Shown: positions 10,493-21,557 of the stretch, one piece after another
Numbering within the stretch: position 1 is the stretch's first letter
How the letters are laid out: every line of letters begins with the position of its first letter
NCBI GenBank assembly: GCA_963555825.3
Contig: CAUVXB020000001.1
Location: 1,376,001 to 1,440,000, forward strand
Reading direction: 5' to 3'
DNA: 64,000 bases
From: Alphaproteobacteria bacterium
GTDB taxonomy: Bacteria > Pseudomonadota > Alphaproteobacteria > JAAXGF01
Made by a program: the position numbers and the translations under genes
Notes under the pieces: model-generated
Seen by the model: the letters and a program-made list of their open reading frames with translations, nothing else
What the model was told of the DNA's origin: nothing
Databases searched by the model: none

Positions 10493-12504
10493 ATTCCGTA
10501 GGGTGTCGTCCGCCGGTTGCTGACGCGAAGATTGCGATACCGCGCCAGCGCCCACAGCGGAAAATAGGCCGGGTAGCCGTGGTAGCGAAGGTAGAAGACC
10601 CGCGGGAAGCCGACGGCGGTGTAGTACTTCTCTTTCCAGCCCTCGCCGGCGTTGAGGTTCTCGACCAGGTAGTCGATGCCGCGCTTGACCGCGTCGCTCT
10701 CGACCTCGCCGGCCGCCATCAGGCCGAGCACCGCCCACGCCGTCTGCGAGGCCGTACTTGCCTTCGACAAATAGCGCAGGTCCTCGTGATAGGTGGCGCC
10801 GTCCTCGCCCCAGCCGCCGTCGTCGCGCTGGGACGAGCAGAGCCATTCGACGGCGCGCCGGATATGCGGTTCGTTCAAGTCCTCTTCGGCGGCGTTGAAG
10901 GCGCAAAGCACCGACCAGGTGCCGTAGATATAGTTGGTGCCCCAGCGCCCGAACCACGAGCCGTCCGGCTCCTGCACCTTCTTGAGATACTCGAGCCCGC
11001 GCGCCACGACCGGGTGGTCGCGGCCATAGCCGAGTTGGCACTTCATGCCGATGCAGCGCGCCGTGACGTCGGCGGTCGGCGAGTCGAGCAGCGCGCCGTG
11101 ATCGGCGAACGGAATATGGTTCAAATAGTAGTTGGTATTGTCGACGTCGAAGGCGCCCCAGCTGCCGTTCTTGCTCTGCATGCCCTCGACCCATTCGGCG
11201 CCGCGGCCGATCGACTCGTCGTGCTCGGCCGCGCTCGCCCGATCGAGCGCCATGACGACAACGGCGGTGTCGTCGATATCGGGATAGTGCGCGTTCTCGA
11301 ACTGGAATGCCCAACCGCCAGGGCGCAGGTCCGGGCGCTGATCGGCCCAGTCGCCGCGCAAGTCGAGCACCTGCTTCGTCTTCAGCCAGTCGAGCGCGTC
11401 TTGGATGCTGGGCGATTTTTCCTCCTCGCCGGCCTCCATCAAGGCGTGCGCCGCGAGACAGGTGTCCCAAACGGGCGATGTGCAGGGCTGGCAGAAGCCC
11501 TTGCCGTTGCGGATTGTCAGCAGGTTGTCGACCGCGGTCTTGGCCGACGCACGCTTGGAGTCGTCGCGCGGATAGCCGAGCACGTCGAACGCCATCAGCG
11601 TGTTGGCCATGGCCGGAAAGATGCCGCCAAGGCCGTCCTCGCCGTTCATCCTTTCGTGGATGAACGATTCGGCCTCGGCAATCGCCTGCTTGCGCTTCGA
11701 TTTGGGGAACATCGGCTCGACAATGCGCAGCGCGCGGTCGACCATCAGGAAGGCGCGCGCCAGCAGGTCGCGGTTGACGAAGTAGTTACGCTCATCCTCC
11801 GGCGCCACGACGAACAACTCGCGAATATCGACATTTTTCGGATTACGAGCCTGCGGCTTGTGGGCCATCAGAATCAAGAGCGGCACGATCACCGTGCGCG
11901 ACCAGTAGGACACCTTGGAGAGGTGGAACGGGAACCAGCGAGGCAGCAGCATGATCTCGACCGGCATGACCGGCGTCGCGCGCCACGGCACCTGGCCGAA
12001 CATGGCCAGGGTCAGGCGCGTGAATACGTTGCAGCGCGCCGCGCCGCCGCGCGACAGGATCGAATCGCGGGCGAGTTTCATATGCGGCTCGTCGGGCTGA
12101 TCGCCAGCCAATTTAAGGGCGTAGTATGCCTTTACCGAGCAGCCCATGTCGAAGTCGCCGTCGTAGAACAGCGGCCAGCCGCCGTGGTCCGCCTGGCATT
12201 CGCGGATATAGACCGCGAGCTTCGCTTCGACCTTGGGTTCGATCTCGTCGAGGAAATGCTGCAGCAGGATGTACTCGGCTGGAATCGTGACGTCGGCCTC
12301 CAGGTCGAACAGCCAATAGCCGTCGTCCGACTGCTGGCCCTTGAGCCAGACGGCCGCGTCGTCGATCGCCGAATTGAGCCGGTCGCCGCCCGCGCCCGCG
12401 TTCAACGCGCGCGCGGCGGCCTGAGAATGTGACTGAAAATTCACGTGATTGAAACCAGAGTCATTCATGTCGGACAGAGATGACGTTTCCGCTTCGTGAT
12501 TCAA
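10489..12504 (-). CDS. shc: squalene-hopene cyclase
   Basis: YPDIDDTA (DXDD) motif, QW repeats, WFGRWGTNY and [13 protein letters not shown]. Confidence 0.97.
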   Translation of the reverse strand: MNHEAETSSLSDMNDSGFNHVNFQSHSQAAARALNAGAGGDRLNSAIDDAAVWLKGQQSDDGYWLFDLEADVTIPAEYILLQHFLDEIEPKVEAKLAVYIRECQADHGGWPLFYDGDFDMGCSVKAYYALKLAGDQPDEPHMKLARDSILSRGGAARCNVFTRLTLAMFGQVPWRATPVMPVEIMLLPRWFPFHLSKVSYWSRTVIVPLLILMAHKPQARNPKNVDIRELFVVAPEDERNYFVNRDLLARAFLMVDRALRIVEPMFPKSKRKQAIAEAESFIHERMNGEDGLGGIFPAMANTLMAFDVLGYPRDDSKRASAKTAVDNLLTIRNGKGFCQPCTSPVWDTCLAAHALMEAGEEEKSPSIQDALDWLKTKQVLDLRGDWADQRPDLRPGGWAFQFENAHYPDIDDTAVVVMALDRASAAEHDESIGRGAEWVEGMQSKNGSWGAFDVDNTNYYLNHIPFADHGALLDSPTADVTARCIGMKCQLGYGRDHPVVARGLEYLKKVQEPDGSWFGRWGTNYIYGTWSVLCAFNAAEEDLNEPHIRRAVEWLCSSQRDDGGWGEDGATYHEDLRYLSKASTASQTAWAVLGLMAAGEVESDAVKRGIDYLVENLNAGEGWKEKYYTAVGFPRVFYLRYHGYPAYFPLWALARYRNLRVSNRRTTPYGM

Positions 12505-14426
12505 GCCCGCGCCTTGGCGGTTTCGGCGCCGCGCCCGAGCGCGGCGAGAACGGTTGATACAATGTCCGGCGCCTTCAGGCCGGCGTCTTCATACATGCCC
12601 TCGGGCGTACCGTGGGCGATGAAGCGATCGGGCAGGATCATCGGCCGGACCTTGAGCCCGGCGTCAAGCAATCCCTGCGTCGCGAGGAAATTCAGGACGA
12701 ACGAGGCGAAGCCGCCGATCGCGCCTTCCTCGATGATCACCAACACCTCGTGATCGCGCGCCAGGCAGCGGATCAATTCCTCGTCGAGCGGCTTGGCGAA
12801 GCGGGCGTCGGCGACAGTCGCCGACAGGCCGCGCGCGGCCAGATCGTCGGCCGCCTGAAAACATTCCTTCAGGCGCGCGCCGAACGACAGGATCGCCACC
12901 GATGTGCCCTCGCGCAGGATACGGCCCTTGCCGATGTCCAGCACCTCGCCCCGTTCGGGCCTATCCACGCCGACGCCCTCGCCGCGCGGATAACGGACCG
13001 CCGAGGGCCGGTCGTCGATCGCCGCCGCGGTCGCCACCATGTGCATCAGGTCGGCTTCGTCGGCCGCCGCCATGATCACGAAGTCGGGCAGGCAGCCGAG
13101 ATAGGCGACATCGTACGAGCCGGCGTGTGTCGGGCCGTCGGCGCCGACCAGGCCGGCACGGTCAATCGCGAAGCGAACCGGCAGCTTCTGAATGGCCACG
13201 TCGTGCACCACCTGGTCATAGGCGCGCTGCAGGAAAGTCGAATAGATCGTGGCGAACGGTTTGTACCCCTCGGTCGCCATGCCGGCCGCGAAGGTCACCG
13301 CGTGCTGCTCGGCGATGCCAACGTCGAAACACCGGTCGGGGAAGCGGGCGCCGAACTTGTTGAGGCCCGTCCCCGATGGCATCGCCGCGGTGACCGCGAC
13401 GATCTTGTCGTCGTGCTCGGCTTCCTTGATCAGCGCGTCGGCGAACACCGAGGTATAGCTCGGCGCGTTCGACGTGCCCTTCTTCTGCTCGCCGGTGACG
13501 ACGTCGAACTTGTTGACACCGTGGTACTTGTCGGCCGCCTTCTCGGCCGGCGCGTAGCCGTGCCCCTTACGGGTTACGACGTGCACCAGGATCGGCCCGG
13601 CCTCCTTGGAATCGCGGACGTTCTTCAGCACCGGCAGCAGGTGCTCGATGTTGTGGCCGTCGACCGGGCCGACGTAATAGAAACCGAGTTCCTCGAAAAG
13701 CGTGCCACCGGTCACCATGCCGCGGGCGTATTCCTCGGCGCGCTTCGCCGCTGTCTCGATCGAGCGCGGGAATTTCTTGGCCATCTCGCGCGCCAGATGC
13801 CGGATCGAGCGGTAGGGTTTCGACGAGATGAGCCGCGACAGATAGGCGCTCATGGCGCCGACCGCCGGCGCGATCGACATGTCGTTGTCGTTGAGGATGA
13901 CGATCAGGCGGGTGTCCATCGAGCCGGCGTTGTTCATCGCCTCGTAGGCCATGCCCGCCGACATCGCGCCGTCGCCGATGACCGCGATCACTTGGTTGTC
14001 GCGGTTCGAGAAGTCGCGCGCCACGCACATGCCGAGCGCAGACGAGATCGATGTCGAGGCGTGCGCCGCGCCGAACGGGTCGTATTCGCTCTCGCTTCGC
14101 TTGGTAAAGCCGTAGAGACCGCCCGGCTGACGGATCGTCCGGATGCGGTCGCGCCGGCCGGTCAGTATCTTGTGTGGATAGGCCTGGTGGCCGACGTCCC
14201 AGATCAGCCGGTCGCGCGGTGTGTCGAAGACGTGATGCAACGCCACCGTCAACTCGACGACACCAAGGCTCGCGCCCAGATGGCCGCCCGTCACCGAGAC
14301 CGCATCGACCGTTTCCGCCCGCAGCTCTTCGGCGAGTTGGGATAGTTGTTCGACACTGAAACCCCGCAAATCCGCCGGGACTTCAACAGTGTCGAGCAAC
14401 GGCGTTCTATTCGGTTTCGATGTCAT
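12501..14426 (-). CDS. dxs: 1-deoxy-D-xylulose-5-phosphate synthase
   Basis: [28 protein letters not shown] and [13 protein letters not shown] motifs. Confidence 0.97.
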   Translation of the reverse strand: MTSKPNRTPLLDTVEVPADLRGFSVEQLSQLAEELRAETVDAVSVTGGHLGASLGVVELTVALHHVFDTPRDRLIWDVGHQAYPHKILTGRRDRIRTIRQPGGLYGFTKRSESEYDPFGAAHASTSISSALGMCVARDFSNRDNQVIAVIGDGAMSAGMAYEAMNNAGSMDTRLIVILNDNDMSIAPAVGAMSAYLSRLISSKPYRSIRHLAREMAKKFPRSIETAAKRAEEYARGMVTGGTLFEELGFYYVGPVDGHNIEHLLPVLKNVRDSKEAGPILVHVVTRKGHGYAPAEKAADKYHGVNKFDVVTGEQKKGTSNAPSYTSVFADALIKEAEHDDKIVAVTAAMPSGTGLNKFGARFPDRCFDVGIAEQHAVTFAAGMATEGYKPFATIYSTFLQRAYDQVVHDVAIQKLPVRFAIDRAGLVGADGPTHAGSYDVAYLGCLPDFVIMAAADEADLMHMVATAAAIDDRPSAVRYPRGEGVGVDRPERGEVLDIGKGRILREGTSVAILSFGARLKECFQAADDLAARGLSATVADARFAKPLDEELIRCLARDHEVLVIIEEGAIGGFASFVLNFLATQGLLDAGLKVRPMILPDRFIAHGTPEGMYEDAGLKAPDIVSTVLAALGRGAETAKARA

Positions 14427-14755
14427 TTGCCTGCCCCGCTACGCATTTTACCACACCTGGCTCGCTTCGCCATCGCCCGACGCGGGTCGGTAGACGGTCT
14501 GTCGCAAATCTGACGTTTGCATTAATTACAATGCTGTAGACATAACCCGACGACACTCTCAAGGCAACGATTCTAGGCGGCGAAACTTGCCGTCGGACCG
14601 ACGACCGGCCATCGCGCCGAACCTCCCGCGCCGCAGCTTCCGCCCGGCGGCGCATCGGGCCCGCGTAGAGTCGCGCTAATCCATTCAAATTTAGAGACAT
14701 TTTCACGGCGCGCCCAACAAACGACCGGTCACGATATGGTGAAGCCACTGGCGCG

Positions 14756-14786
14756 CGTCTCAGACGTCTCAGACGTCTCAGACGTC
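14756..14786. repeat. 9-bp tandem repeat CGTCTCAGA x3
   Basis: Seen directly. It triplicates the last two codons plus stop (GAC GTC TGA) of the upstream minus-strand gene. Confidence 0.9.
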
Positions 14787-15566
14787 GCTGCCGGCGCGTT
14801 TCGCGACGGCGAGCGGATCATAGGGCAGCGGCATGAGAAGGGGCAGGACCTCATTGCGACCGCGCTCGACGTCCTCGCGGAAATCGATTTCGGTCCACGG
14901 CAGGCCGGTGATGTCCTCGAACCCGAAGCTGCCGGGCGGATCGCCGAGCAGAATGTCGCGCAGCGCCTCGTCGTAGAGCTCGAATCGCTCGCCAGCGTCG
15001 AGATAACGCCGTGCCGCCGGCACCAAACGCCGCGCGACGTCCTCGCCAAGCCTGAAGAAACCAACCGATTCGCCCCAGAAGTCGAAGCTTACATCGACCT
15101 CTTTGTGGAACTCGACGAGCACGCCGTCACGCACGCAAAGCTTGGTCGGTTCATCGCCCTGCTCGAAGTTGCGATCGAGCAGGAAACAGTTGTCGTGGGA
15201 CGACGCCAACAGGCGCTCGTAGATGCGGTGGTCGTACAACACGTCGCCGTCCATCAGCACGACACCGCCGCCGCGCTCGAGCTGCTCGCGCACGGTCCAC
15301 AGAGTGACGATGCTGCCCTGATCGAAATCCTGGTTGACGACGACTTCGGCCCAGCCGGCGGCGCCGCAGGCGGCGAGTTCGTCCTCGATCATCTCAGCGC
15401 GATAACCAGCGGCGACGACCACTTCATCGACGCCGCAGTAGCGCAGAATTTCGATGTGCCGGCGCAGCAGCGTCTTGCCGCTGAACTCGATCATCACCTT
15501 GGGACGCCGGTCGTCTTCGAACGCCATGCGCCGGCCCCGGCCGGCCGCCAGAATAATCGCCCTCAT
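14778..15566 (-). CDS. nucleotidyltransferase (phosphocholine cytidylyltransferase/LicC-like)
   Basis: MRAIILAAGRGRRM, PK, LMDGDVLY and WTEIDFRED motifs. Confidence 0.85.
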   Translation of the reverse strand: MRAIILAAGRGRRMAFEDDRRPKVMIEFSGKTLLRRHIEILRYCGVDEVVVAAGYRAEMIEDELAACGAAGWAEVVVNQDFDQGSIVTLWTVREQLERGGGVVLMDGDVLYDHRIYERLLASSHDNCFLLDRNFEQGDEPTKLCVRDGVLVEFHKEVDVSFDFWGESVGFFRLGEDVARRLVPAARRYLDAGERFELYDEALRDILLGDPPGSFGFEDITGLPWTEIDFREDVERGRNEVLPLLMPLPYDPLAVAKRAGSDV

Positions 15567-15665
15567 CGTCGGTCCCGATTGGTGGAATACAACCGCCTCG
15601 CGCGTGGCCCCGTCCCTACCATTGACGCAGCCCGCACCGCAATTCAAATGTGAACCGGTCACCCA

Positions 15666-17372
15666 TCACGACACGCAATGACGCAGCGCAATCCACAATT
15701 TCTCGACGCCCGGCAGTCGGACGGGTGGCTCGAGACGGCGCCAACCGCCGCCGACCAGACGGTCGAGCAACCGGGCGTATACTGCCATCATGATTACCGC
15801 CGGGCGCAGCGACGCCCGGTCGTCGACCGACATTTCGGCGAGCATGGCCCACGCCTCGGCATAGCGGTGGCGCGCGAGAACGGCAAGCGCCGCGCACGCC
15901 CGCGGCAGGTCGGCGTGCGCCACGACCGCCGCCGGGTCGTGATCGCGAACTCCGGCGTCGTCGAGCAGTTCGCGCGGCAGGTAGAGCCGGCCCACGGCGG
16001 CGTCTTCGGCGACATCGCGCAGGATGTTGGTGAGCTGCAGCGCGTGGCCGACCGAGAGCGCGAAGGCGTCGGCGCGCGGGTCGACGCAGCCGAACACCCG
16101 CACCGACAGGAGCCCGACGGCGCCGGCGACACGCGCGCAATAACGTTCGAGCGTGGCCATGTCCGGCGCGCGCATGGTTTCGCCGGCATCCATCACGACG
16201 CCCCGGATGATTTCGTCGAAATCCTCGCGGCGCAGGCCATAGCGCGCGACCGGTCCGGCCAGGGCGCGGGCGATGAGACGCCGCGGCCGCCCGTCGTAGA
16301 GCGCCGCGATCTCGTCGCGCCAGCCGGCGAGCGCCTGGCGCCTCGCCTCATCCGTCTCGGGGCCGTCGGCGATGTCGTCGACCTCGTGGCAAAAGGCGTA
16401 AACGGCGAACATCGCCGCGCTCTTGGCCTTGGGCAGCAAGCGCATCGCCCAGTAAAAGGAACTCCCCGAGCCGCGCGCCCGGTGGCGGGCGTATTCCAGC
16501 TCGGTCCGGGCCAGGTTCGCCCGGCCCCCGGTCATGCTGCGCCACAGGCCGCGCACGACGCAGCCGAGTTTCTGCCCGCTCGTCAGTTCGACACGCTCGG
16601 CGAGCGGGTCGCGGTAGCGCAATTCGACCGCCAGGCGCTCGGCGAGCGCGACGATGACCGCGGCCTCGCGCCGCATGCCGGGCCGCCGGATCGCGCCGGC
16701 CAGCGGCTGTGCCTCGGCGATCAGCGCATCGACGCCGTCGAGCGTGGCGTCGAGCACCCGGCGCAGCGCCGGACCCGCCGCGGGCGCGGACAAGGCCTCT
16801 ACCTCGACGCCGGCCGCCGCGAAGTGATCGAGCGGCAGATAGACGCGGTCGAGATTTTCGTAGTCGTCCTTGCAGTCCTGCAGGTGGTTGATGATCTGTA
16901 GCGCGGTACAGAGCGCATCCGAGGCGGCGTGGCCGGCATCGCCCTCGCCGTGCAGATCGAGGAGAAAGCGCCCCACCGGGTTGGCCGAAAGCCGGCAGTA
17001 GCCGAGCAGGTCGTCCCAGTCGTCGTAACGATGCTTGCGCGCATCCTGTTTGAAGGCCTTCACCAATTCACGTGCGTGCTCGACGGAAACGTCGATGTCG
17101 GCGAGCGCCGAGCCGAGCCGAGCCGCCGCCGCGCAGCCGGCCGCTACCGGCGTCTCGCCGCGCAACGCGGCGTCGAACGCATCGAGGCCGGCGATCTTGT
17201 CATCGGGCGCGAGCGTCGCCGAGTCGGCGATGTCGTCAGCGGCGCGCACGACGCCGTAAAACTGCGCGACGTAGGGTCTGAGCTTCGACGGCAGCAACCA
17301 CGAGCCGACCGGGAAATTCTCTCCCGCCGCCGTCTTCGACGGCGCCACGTGGATGCTCGACTGTCGGCCCAT
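15666..17372 (-). CDS. fused HpnC-HpnD squalene/presqualene-diphosphate synthase
   Basis: N-half ENFPVGS, ADDIAD, SANPVGR, LQIINHLQD (HpnC). C-half SGSSFYWAM, VDDIAD, LQLTNILRDVAED (HpnD). No stop codon between the halves. Confidence 0.85.
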   Translation of the reverse strand: MGRQSSIHVAPSKTAAGENFPVGSWLLPSKLRPYVAQFYGVVRAADDIADSATLAPDDKIAGLDAFDAALRGETPVAAGCAAAARLGSALADIDVSVEHARELVKAFKQDARKHRYDDWDDLLGYCRLSANPVGRFLLDLHGEGDAGHAASDALCTALQIINHLQDCKDDYENLDRVYLPLDHFAAAGVEVEALSAPAAGPALRRVLDATLDGVDALIAEAQPLAGAIRRPGMRREAAVIVALAERLAVELRYRDPLAERVELTSGQKLGCVVRGLWRSMTGGRANLARTELEYARHRARGSGSSFYWAMRLLPKAKSAAMFAVYAFCHEVDDIADGPETDEARRQALAGWRDEIAALYDGRPRRLIARALAGPVARYGLRREDFDEIIRGVVMDAGETMRAPDMATLERYCARVAGAVGLLSVRVFGCVDPRADAFALSVGHALQLTNILRDVAEDAAVGRLYLPRELLDDAGVRDHDPAAVVAHADLPRACAALAVLARHRYAEAWAMLAEMSVDDRASLRPAVIMMAVYARLLDRLVGGGWRRLEPPVRLPGVEKLWIALRHCVS

Positions 17373-18006
17373 GCCAGTGCGGTCTCCAAATTTGAGCGGT
17401 TGCGGTGATCAATCCCGCATTTCCCAAGTATCGTCGATATTCAGTGCGGCGAGAAGGCGATTCTGCTATAAGAATCATGAAGTTGTAGCATACATGGAGC
17501 GGCGGATATGGCACACCCGATGGGTGAATCGAAACCGGGGTGCCTTCGGGTCGTTTTTGACCGTCGATTGAAGCTTGAATTCCACGGTTCCAAGATCACC
17601 TCTGATGCCGGGTTGCTCGCCTACCGGGAGCTTGACGATGCCCTCGGCCTGACTGAGATGGCCGAGGGTGTTTTCCAGGATAGCCGTACCGGCAAGAACG
17701 GATGGCACGGCATGACGGGTCAGTTTCGCCAGTCCGTTTTCGGGCGCCTTGGCGGCTATGACGATGTGAACGACGCCGACCGTCTGGGACGCGATCCCGC
17801 CATGCGCTGGATTGTTGGCGGCAAGGCCATCGAAAGACAGGCCGCTTCCACCAGCCAGATGGGACGCTTCGAGACGGAGCTATTGGCCACCGACGAGAAC
17901 GTTGAAGCCTTGGTCGACATGAACGGGGTGTGGATCGACAAGGTTCATGACCGCCATCCGCCGAAGATGATCATTCTCGACATGGACAGCAGCGTCAGCC
18001 CGACCC

Positions 18007-19413
18007 TGTCGATAACAAACTGAATTGACCGGTTTATGTACCATATGATTTGACCGCTTCTGTTGTGGATGTTGGCTCTGTGGATAAGTGGTCAGGTCGG
18101 CACAGCCGAGCTGTCCACTTATCCACAGAGCGCCGGCCGGTCGCGTCGAAGCGGATCACGCGGCCCGCCTTTCGCTGCTTTCGATCGGCGTGCCGTCTTT
18201 CTTGTAGCGGGCCAGGCAGCGCGGGCCATGGAAGACGGCAAGGTCGCCGTCGGGATATTCGTGCACACTCACTTTGGCCTTGACGTAGTGGTGGCGATGG
18301 CGGCCTGCCGGGATCTGCAGGCTCAAGTTCTTGTAGCGCACCGTGTTGTCATTGCCGACCACACGGTCCTCCTGCACACAGAGGATGTCCGCCAGGTTGC
18401 CGGCGAACGGCACGAAGGCGGAGCCTGTGTCCTCGGCCGGCCGGGCGAAGCGGGCATTGTGGGCCGGCAGGAAGTCCTCTTTCAGGAACCGGTTGGCGGC
18501 CGCCATATCGGTGATGCCGGCGAGCTCGAGTTCCTGCGGCAGGCGTTTCTGCAGGGTGCCGAACATGCGCTCCGAGCGGCCCCGGGCCTCCGGCGAATAG
18601 GCCGGGATCAGCTCAATACCGAGTTGCTGCAGGGCACGTCCGACCTGGGTTGGATTGTCCTTGTCGACCTTGCCGCCGGCCTCCGGCGTGTGCCAATAGT
18701 GCGAGGCCCGGTCTGCATAAAGCGAGCAGAACAGCCCCATGGCCGACCCCACCTCCAGCAGCGCCACAAAGCTCGACATGGTGCCCTCCTCGGCGACGAA
18801 GAAGGCGGAATAGATCTCCGAAGTGGCATCGTCCATGGTCACGATCAGGTCCCAGTACTGACCCGGCACCCATTGGTGCGTGGAGCCGTCCTGGTGCAAC
18901 ATCATGCCGACCATCGGCCGGCGCGGCCGCTTGCGGCGGTGCACGCCGCGCCGCGGCGCCGGCGCGATCCGGCCGTGCGCCTGGAGCGTCAGCCGCACCC
19001 AGTTGTAACTGCGCGTGACGTCGTGCTTTGCAACCAGCTTCTCCCAGAAGTGCCAGGCGGTGAAATGCCGGTACCTGGTATCGAACAGATCCAACAGTGC
19101 CACCACCTCGTCGACCCCGGCGCGGCGCGCGGAAACCCGACCCAGGCGGCGGTCGTAAAGACCCTCCGCGCCCTCGGCCTCAAAGCGATCGCGCCAGCGT
19201 CGGAACGTGCGCTCGGACATGCCCAGGATCTCGGCTGCCTCCAGCTGGCTCAACTCACCCCTGTAGGTGCGTCCGTAAACCTCATCGAACTTCATCAATC
19301 TCAACCCCTGTAACTGCTCTGTCCGGCGCATCAGCTCCTCCACTTTCTGGAGGAGTTCTAATGCCGGACAGATCATTTGTTACATTGACCGGCCATATCA
19401 CGTGTTATCGACA
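18007..19413 (-). mobile_element. IS1202-family (ISNCY) insertion sequence
   Basis: Ends TGTCGATAAC / GTTATCGACA. 17-bp TSD CAGCGTCAGCCCGACCC at 17990-18006 and 19414-19430. Confidence 0.9.
18156..19331 (-). CDS. ISNCY/IS1202-type DDE transposase
   Basis: N-terminal HTH, LHQDGSTHQW, TMDDATS, LYADRASHY and SPEARGRSERMFGTLQ motifs. Confidence 0.9.
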   Translation of the reverse strand: MRRTEQLQGLRLMKFDEVYGRTYRGELSQLEAAEILGMSERTFRRWRDRFEAEGAEGLYDRRLGRVSARRAGVDEVVALLDLFDTRYRHFTAWHFWEKLVAKHDVTRSYNWVRLTLQAHGRIAPAPRRGVHRRKRPRRPMVGMMLHQDGSTHQWVPGQYWDLIVTMDDATSEIYSAFFVAEEGTMSSFVALLEVGSAMGLFCSLYADRASHYWHTPEAGGKVDKDNPTQVGRALQQLGIELIPAYSPEARGRSERMFGTLQKRLPQELELAGITDMAAANRFLKEDFLPAHNARFARPAEDTGSAFVPFAGNLADILCVQEDRVVGNDNTVRYKNLSLQIPAGRHRHHYVKAKVSVHEYPDGDLAVFHGPRCLARYKKDGTPIESSERRAA

Positions 19414-20632
19414 CAGCGTCAGCCCGACCCATGGCGAACAAGAGGGAACAGCGTACAATGGTCACTTCGGCTGTACCTGCTAGCATCCGCTATTCCTGTT
19501 CAACCAGTTCGGCGACTTGGAGAGATGTTCCCTGCGCCCCGGTAATGTTCACAGTGCCGACGGATGGCGGAATGTTCTGGAGCCGGTGGTGATGCGCTAT
19601 AAGGAAAGGAAGGTGCGGCTGTATTTTCGTGGCGATGCCGCCTTCGCCTCACCGGAGATATACGAATATCTCGAAGCCGAGGGATTACTCTACGTCATCC
19701 GCCTCAAAGCGAACGCGATTCTCCAGCGGAACATTGCCCATCTGCTTACGCGACCTGTCGGTCGCCCGCCCGACCATGTTCGCCGTTTCCACGCCAGCTT
19801 CAGCTATCAGGCCGGATCGTGGAACAAGAAGCGCCGTGTCGTGGCCAAAGTGGAGTGGCACCCCGGCGAGCTGGTTCCTCGCGTCGGTTTCATCGTCACT
19901 AATCTGTCGCGCCCTACCAAGCGGGTGGTGGCGTTCTATAATCACCGTGGCACGGCGGAGCAGCACATCAAGGAAGGCAAGAACGCCATCAACTGGACCC
20001 GTCTGTCATGTCGCAAGTTCCGCAACAATGCCGTTCGGCTCCAGCTTCACGCCCTGGCCTACAATCTGGGCAACTTCATGAGGACACTGGCTTTGCCGAA
20101 GGAGGTGGAGCACTGGTCGATGACGACGTTGCGCGACAAGCTGGTGAAGATCGGGGCCAAGGTTGTCCGACATGGCCGCTACGTTACGTTCCAATTGGCT
20201 GAGGTGGCGGTGCCGAGGGACCTGTTCCGGAAAATCCTGAGCTTGATTGATGATCTGCGACGAAGACCCGCTCCGGCGTAGGCCGAGGGAATCGACGGCG
20301 AGGAGAAAGCGACAGGAGAGGTGTGTCTGGATGGCGAGAAAAATGACCGAGTGGCCTTCCAAGCGCGGGCCGATTACCAAAATCATGCCATCGGATGGCT
20401 GCATAGGGGATACAGTTCCCTTGGCGGTGGGAAAGTGGTACGATTTCCACGAATTTGGATGGTATATGGGGAATGTCGGTCAATAGCACGACGCGGCGCC
20501 TGCCGCCACGTCACGCACTTTGGTTTGTAATCTCAAATCGGGTTGTTTATTCTTCACGACACACGATCGCGGGCCGGTCGACCGACCACTGGGGGGTTGG
20601 TACGGTCACCGCGGCAAAAACGGGAGACACCG

Positions 20633-21460
20633 ATGATTCGAAAGATCCTGGTCGCGATGCTCGGCGTCGCGGTCATCACAGCAATCACGACACAGGCCAA
20701 CGCGGCCAACGACCGCTTCATGAAAGTCCTCGAACGCGGCACGCTCATCGTCGGCGTCAAGGCCGACTACAAGCCGTGGGGCTTCCGCGATTCGGACGGC
20801 AAGCTCGTCGGCATGGAGATCGACATGGCCCAGGACGTGGCCGACGCCTTGGGCGTCGAGCTCGAGCTGGTGCCGGTGCAATCATCCAACCGCATGCAGT
20901 TCCTTCAGCAGGGCAAGATCGATCTGATGATCGCCACCATGTCGGACAAGGCCAACCGCCGCAAGGTGGTCGGCATACCGCAACCTAACTACTATACGTC
21001 GGGCACCAACGTGCTGGCCAAGAAGGGCGTCGTGAGCAGTTGGGCGGACCTCAAGGGCAAGCCTGTCTGCGGCAAGCAGGGCGCCTTCTACAACAAGCAG
21101 GTATCGCAGAAGTACGGCGCCAAGATCGTCGCCTTCGTCGGCAACGCCGAGGCCAAGCAGGCGCTCCGCGACGGCAAGTGCGTCGCCTGGGTCTATGACG
21201 ATTCGTCGATCATGGCCGATCTCGCGTCGGGCCAATACGACGATTACGAGATGCCGATGATGACCGAAGACGACAACCCCTGGGCGCTCGCCGTTCCCTT
21301 GGAGGAACTGGACGGCATCTGGGGCAACTTCATGTCCGGCATGATCTACAACTGGCACAGCTCGGGCCGGCTGATCGAGCTGGAGAAGAAGTGGAGCATC
21401 CAGACCACCCAGTTCGTCATCGATATGAACAAGAGGTTCGAGCCCTACGAAGCGAACTAA
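20633..21460 (+). CDS. polar amino-acid ABC transporter substrate-binding protein
   Basis: Signal peptide, GTLIVGVKADYKPWGF and NRMQFLQQGKIDL. GGGAGA RBS upstream. Confidence 0.92.
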   Translation: MIRKILVAMLGVAVITAITTQANAANDRFMKVLERGTLIVGVKADYKPWGFRDSDGKLVGMEIDMAQDVADALGVELELVPVQSSNRMQFLQQGKIDLMIATMSDKANRRKVVGIPQPNYYTSGTNVLAKKGVVSSWADLKGKPVCGKQGAFYNKQVSQKYGAKIVAFVGNAEAKQALRDGKCVAWVYDDSSIMADLASGQYDDYEMPMMTEDDNPWALAVPLEELDGIWGNFMSGMIYNWHSSGRLIELEKKWSIQTTQFVIDMNKRFEPYEAN

Positions 21461-21464
21461 GCCG

Positions 21465-21511
21465 TTGGAGCCGGGCGCGGGTCCTGTCGGGAACCGCGCC
21501 CGCCCCTCCAA
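21465..21511 (+). other. intercistronic GC-rich stem-loop after the SBP gene
   Basis: TTGGAG..GGGCGCGG / CCGCGCCC..CTCCAA inverted repeat with no U-tract. Probably an mRNA stability element. Confidence 0.45.
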
Positions 21512-21557
21512 GGCCATAGACGGCGCCATTCAGTAACCGCGGAATAGGGGGGACCCC

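Larger units (their letters stand above)
17508..20281 (+). pseudogene. IS1380 transposase, interrupted by a nested IS and with the same amber codon (19481-19483)
   Basis: Same translation as copy 1, split after DSSVSPT. Confidence 0.9.
17414..20479 (+). mobile_element. IS1380-family insertion sequence, copy 2, carrying a nested IS1202-type element
   Basis: Near-identical to 4232-5873. 5-bp TSD TCAAT at 17409-17413 and 20480-20484. Confidence 0.93.
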
